NCBI GenBank assembly: GCA_977020255.1
Contig: CDROCS010003742.1
Span: forward strand, 496,001-560,000
Direction of reading: 5' to 3'
Source of the DNA: Obrimoposthia wandeli
Taxonomy: Eukaryota
Length of the DNA stretch: 64,000 nucleotides
The notes beneath the pieces were generated by a model. The model made no database searches. It worked only from the letters and a program-made list of their open reading frames with translations, and was not told where the DNA came from. Position numbers and translations under genes: made by a program. Shown piece after piece: positions 61,148-64,000 of this stretch (within the stretch, counting starts at the first letter, position 1; each line of letters starts with the position of its first letter).

Positions 61148-63901
61148 ATTATTTTCAAGATCACCGAAATCATGTGAAGAGCGGCTCAATGAAATCACAG
61201 CTGTTAGTATTAAACCGCCAAAGTTATGATGTTTTATCTATTTAATTGATAGGCCCTTAAGAAGTACGAGAGTCAGAAGTCTCACAGTTTATCGTCTGAA
61301 AAGCAGTTGGTTAAGGGTTTTCTGATTTACTCTATGATGCTGTACTTCATTTTGACTGCTATCACTGTAATTTATGTCAGACCGACTCAAACACGGTATT
61401 GGTTCATTTATATCCTGCCTGTCGTGGCTCTGCCAGTTATGTGAGTGATGCATTGTGTATTTTGTCATTGACGGCTGTATAGGATCCTCTATATTAAGCG
61501 CATCATCCACTGGTTCTACGTCCGGAGGATCAACTTCGTAGGTGAGATTAATTCTTTTCCCCTACTTTTGACGACCGCTTATGCAGACGAGAAGATCACC
61601 GAGCTGAAGAAGGAGACTAAACAGCTGGTGAGTGGTTTTTCTGCTGCAGTCGTCCAATGAAATGGTCACCGAATAAATACCAACATCATCCCACCCTTCA
61701 GGACTACACAAATAATTGCTTGGCCATCTCACACCTTCCTCGCCACTCCCAGGGGCTCTTTGAGCATGTTCATGGCGATTTCTGCCCGAATAGAGCCGCC
61801 ACTAATCCGTCCTTGTGCGACAACACCACCACGCAGTTCTCTCCTTCTGATTGCAATGGTTTGTACAATAACAATTTCTGTGACGGACTACGACAAATTG
61901 GCTAAAATCTGCAGTTAGATCCTGCAAGATCCCCACAGCTCTATCGGTTCTTACATTTCTGACTCCCACCGTGTTACTGGACTTTGTCATTTGGACACGG
62001 GACAATTTGCGCCACCCTCAATCTCAGCAGCACCATCGGCGCAGTTGTACCAGCTCCCCACCTCCCTCTTATGATGAGGCTCAATCTTGCCCATCTTCAC
62101 ATTGTCTGGGCATTAACCCAATCGAGATGAGGCCGCATATACTGAAGGAGGAGTAACAGCAGCGTCACTGTTTTGGGTTGTCAACAATTTGTCCAATCGA
62201 TGTTCGACTGCAGCAGTTGAGATTTTAGGCCCTGTGCAGTTGTCCCAGCAACCTCTTATGATGTGGCTCAATCTTCCCCTTCATGTTTGTTTCGGTTTAA
62301 CTTATTGGTGACAGACGGACGTTTAAGACGCCATGAGATTCTTCTACCGCAATTCTTCCTCAATTGCTAAATAAATGTAAATCTCAGTTTCACTGTCATC
62401 TAGGCTTTGCAATACCTTATTATTAGAGTCACCCTTCTTCCTAGACTTCATACCCAGGTTTCATAGATGCCTTGATGTCATTGACTACAGTCTCTTCTCC
62501 TTTCTGCGTCCAGTAAACTATGGAGATGAATTCTAAAGCTACTTTTGAGTAATTAAATGGGAATTGTAGGTAAACTTTATTCTAAAAATTGGTCCTACAC
62601 ACAAATATTTCCCAGAGACTTCCAGCTTCATAAGGTTCTCTTTTTATAAATGTTCATACATTTAATAATACAGCACTATCCATAATACAGAAATAATGTA
62701 GAGCCAATTTCACCTAATTCAGCTGACACGTGAAGATTAAAATGATCAATGTCGATTTCTGTTCTGCTGAAACAAATCTGTAAATAAGTCGTAGCTGGAA
62801 TTTGGGTGCCCACGTCATTTGCTGTTTCTTGTGCGCAGCTGTGTCGAGTAATGCAGGAGGAGAACTACATGAATGCCAAGAAGCTGCTCGACAAATTTGA
62901 TCCTCGTGGCAACTTGCGTGACGGGGACATGCGCATTGGTGACTCTACTGCCCAGCAACAAGACAACGGCCCTGAAGGTGATCAATCAATAAAGGAGAAG
63001 CCGAATATGATGACTTCGAGAAAGGCTGGCTCTGTCTTCGATCTGCGACCAACTTGTCTCGAGAATGAAGATTACAGTGAGCAATGTTTCGGGGTCTACA
63101 TGTAGTATGGTGCAGTGTAGAGTGACAAAAGCGGTGTAGTGGGGAGAGAGAGAAGTGATGCAGTGTGGAGAGAGAAGTGGTGCAGTGTGGAGAGAGAAGT
63201 GGTGCAGTGGGGAGAGAGAAGTAGTGCAGTGTGGAGAGAAGTGGTGCAGTGGGGAGAGAGAAGTAGTGCAGTGTGGAGAGAAGTGGTGCAGTGGGGAGAG
63301 AGAAGTAGTGCAGTGTGGAGAGAAGTGGTGCAGTGGGGAGAGAGAAGTAGTGCAGTGTGGAGAGAAGTGGTGCAGTGGGGAGAGAGAAGTAGTGCAGTGT
63401 GGAGAGAAGTGGTGCAGTGGGGAGAGAGGGAAGTGGTGCAGTGTGGAGAGAGAAGTGGTGCAGTGTGGAGAGAGAAAAGTGGTGCAGTGGGGAGAGAGGG
63501 AAGTGGTGCAGTGTGGAGAGAGAAGTGGTGCAGTGTGGAGAGAGGGAAGTGGTGCAGTGTGGAGAGAGAGAAGTGGTGCAGTGTGGAGAGAGAAGTGGTG
63601 CAGTGTGGAGAGAGAAAAGTGGTGCTATATGGAGAGAGAAATAGTGCAGTGTGGAGAGAGAAGTAGTGCAATGTAAATATATATATTTTGACACAGATGT
63701 CCCCTCCCATAGGACCCCAAACGACACCACAACGTGCTCCCATTCGTCTGCCTCGTCCTCTGATAGAGCAAAATCGCTCAGCTCTCGACAAAGTTGTAGA
63801 CTTCCTGGTGGGTGACGGATTTGGGCAGCGGTACGCTCTCATTTGTGGGCGCTGTCACAGCCACAACGGTATGGCCCTCGCCGATGAATTCCAGTTCATA
63901 T
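61148..63901 (+). CDS. LNPK: ER junction formation protein lunapark (multi-exon, both ends outside the resolved part)
   Basis: LFSRSPKSCEERL, two TM segments, VMQEENYMNAKKLLDKFDP and RSALDKVVDFLVGDGFGQRYALICGRCHSHNGMALADEF (lunapark Zn finger). Short introns, e.g. 61441-61482 (42 nt). Confidence 0.92.
63105..63670. repeat. Intronic GTGGTGCAGTGTGGAGAGAGAA-type minisatellite
   Basis: Direct reading. Confidence 0.95.
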
Positions 63902-64000
63902 GTGAGTTCCTTGTTGAGTCAATCTATTTTCTATGGTCAACTATAATTATTAGAAGAGAATCGAATTTTGTTGTGCATTGTTAGATTAATATTTCAACAC

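Noticed and set aside
63096-63730. LHTAPL/HCTT and WREK repeat ORFs
   Set aside because: Minisatellite in a lunapark intron.

Overview
AT-rich eukaryotic genomic DNA, probably from a ciliated animal. It has short GT-AG introns of about 40 nt, microsatellite-filled long introns, and host genes SPAG16, lunapark and an ankyrin-repeat gene. The first half is a Russian-doll stack of Polinton/Maverick (adintovirus-like) elements. A decayed outer element (5362-30894, 6-bp TSD ATTGTT) has its protein-primed DNA polymerase gene split by two insertions. The first is a nearly intact 12.0-kb Polinton (6544-18564, 6-bp TSD GTCACC) inserted in motif C (AGD|TDS). The second is a 1.1-kb non-coding mini-element with related termini and a 14 x 46-bp array, abutting the motif A catalytic Asp codon. 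A third relic PolB at about 52.2 kb has lost exactly motif C. Both large elements share a syntenic virion block. Both also appear to carry a 38-39-nt spliceosomal intron at the same position in the protease gene and a small MG...SSCC ORF overlapping the integrase start. They differ in cargo: a TBP-like gene in the inner element and a pseudo dual-specificity phosphatase in the outer. The second half holds the host genes, two decayed Gypsy elements, a mariner, and a TSD-flanked insertion containing a type I hammerhead ribozyme. All calls come from reading and translating by eye; no database searches were run.
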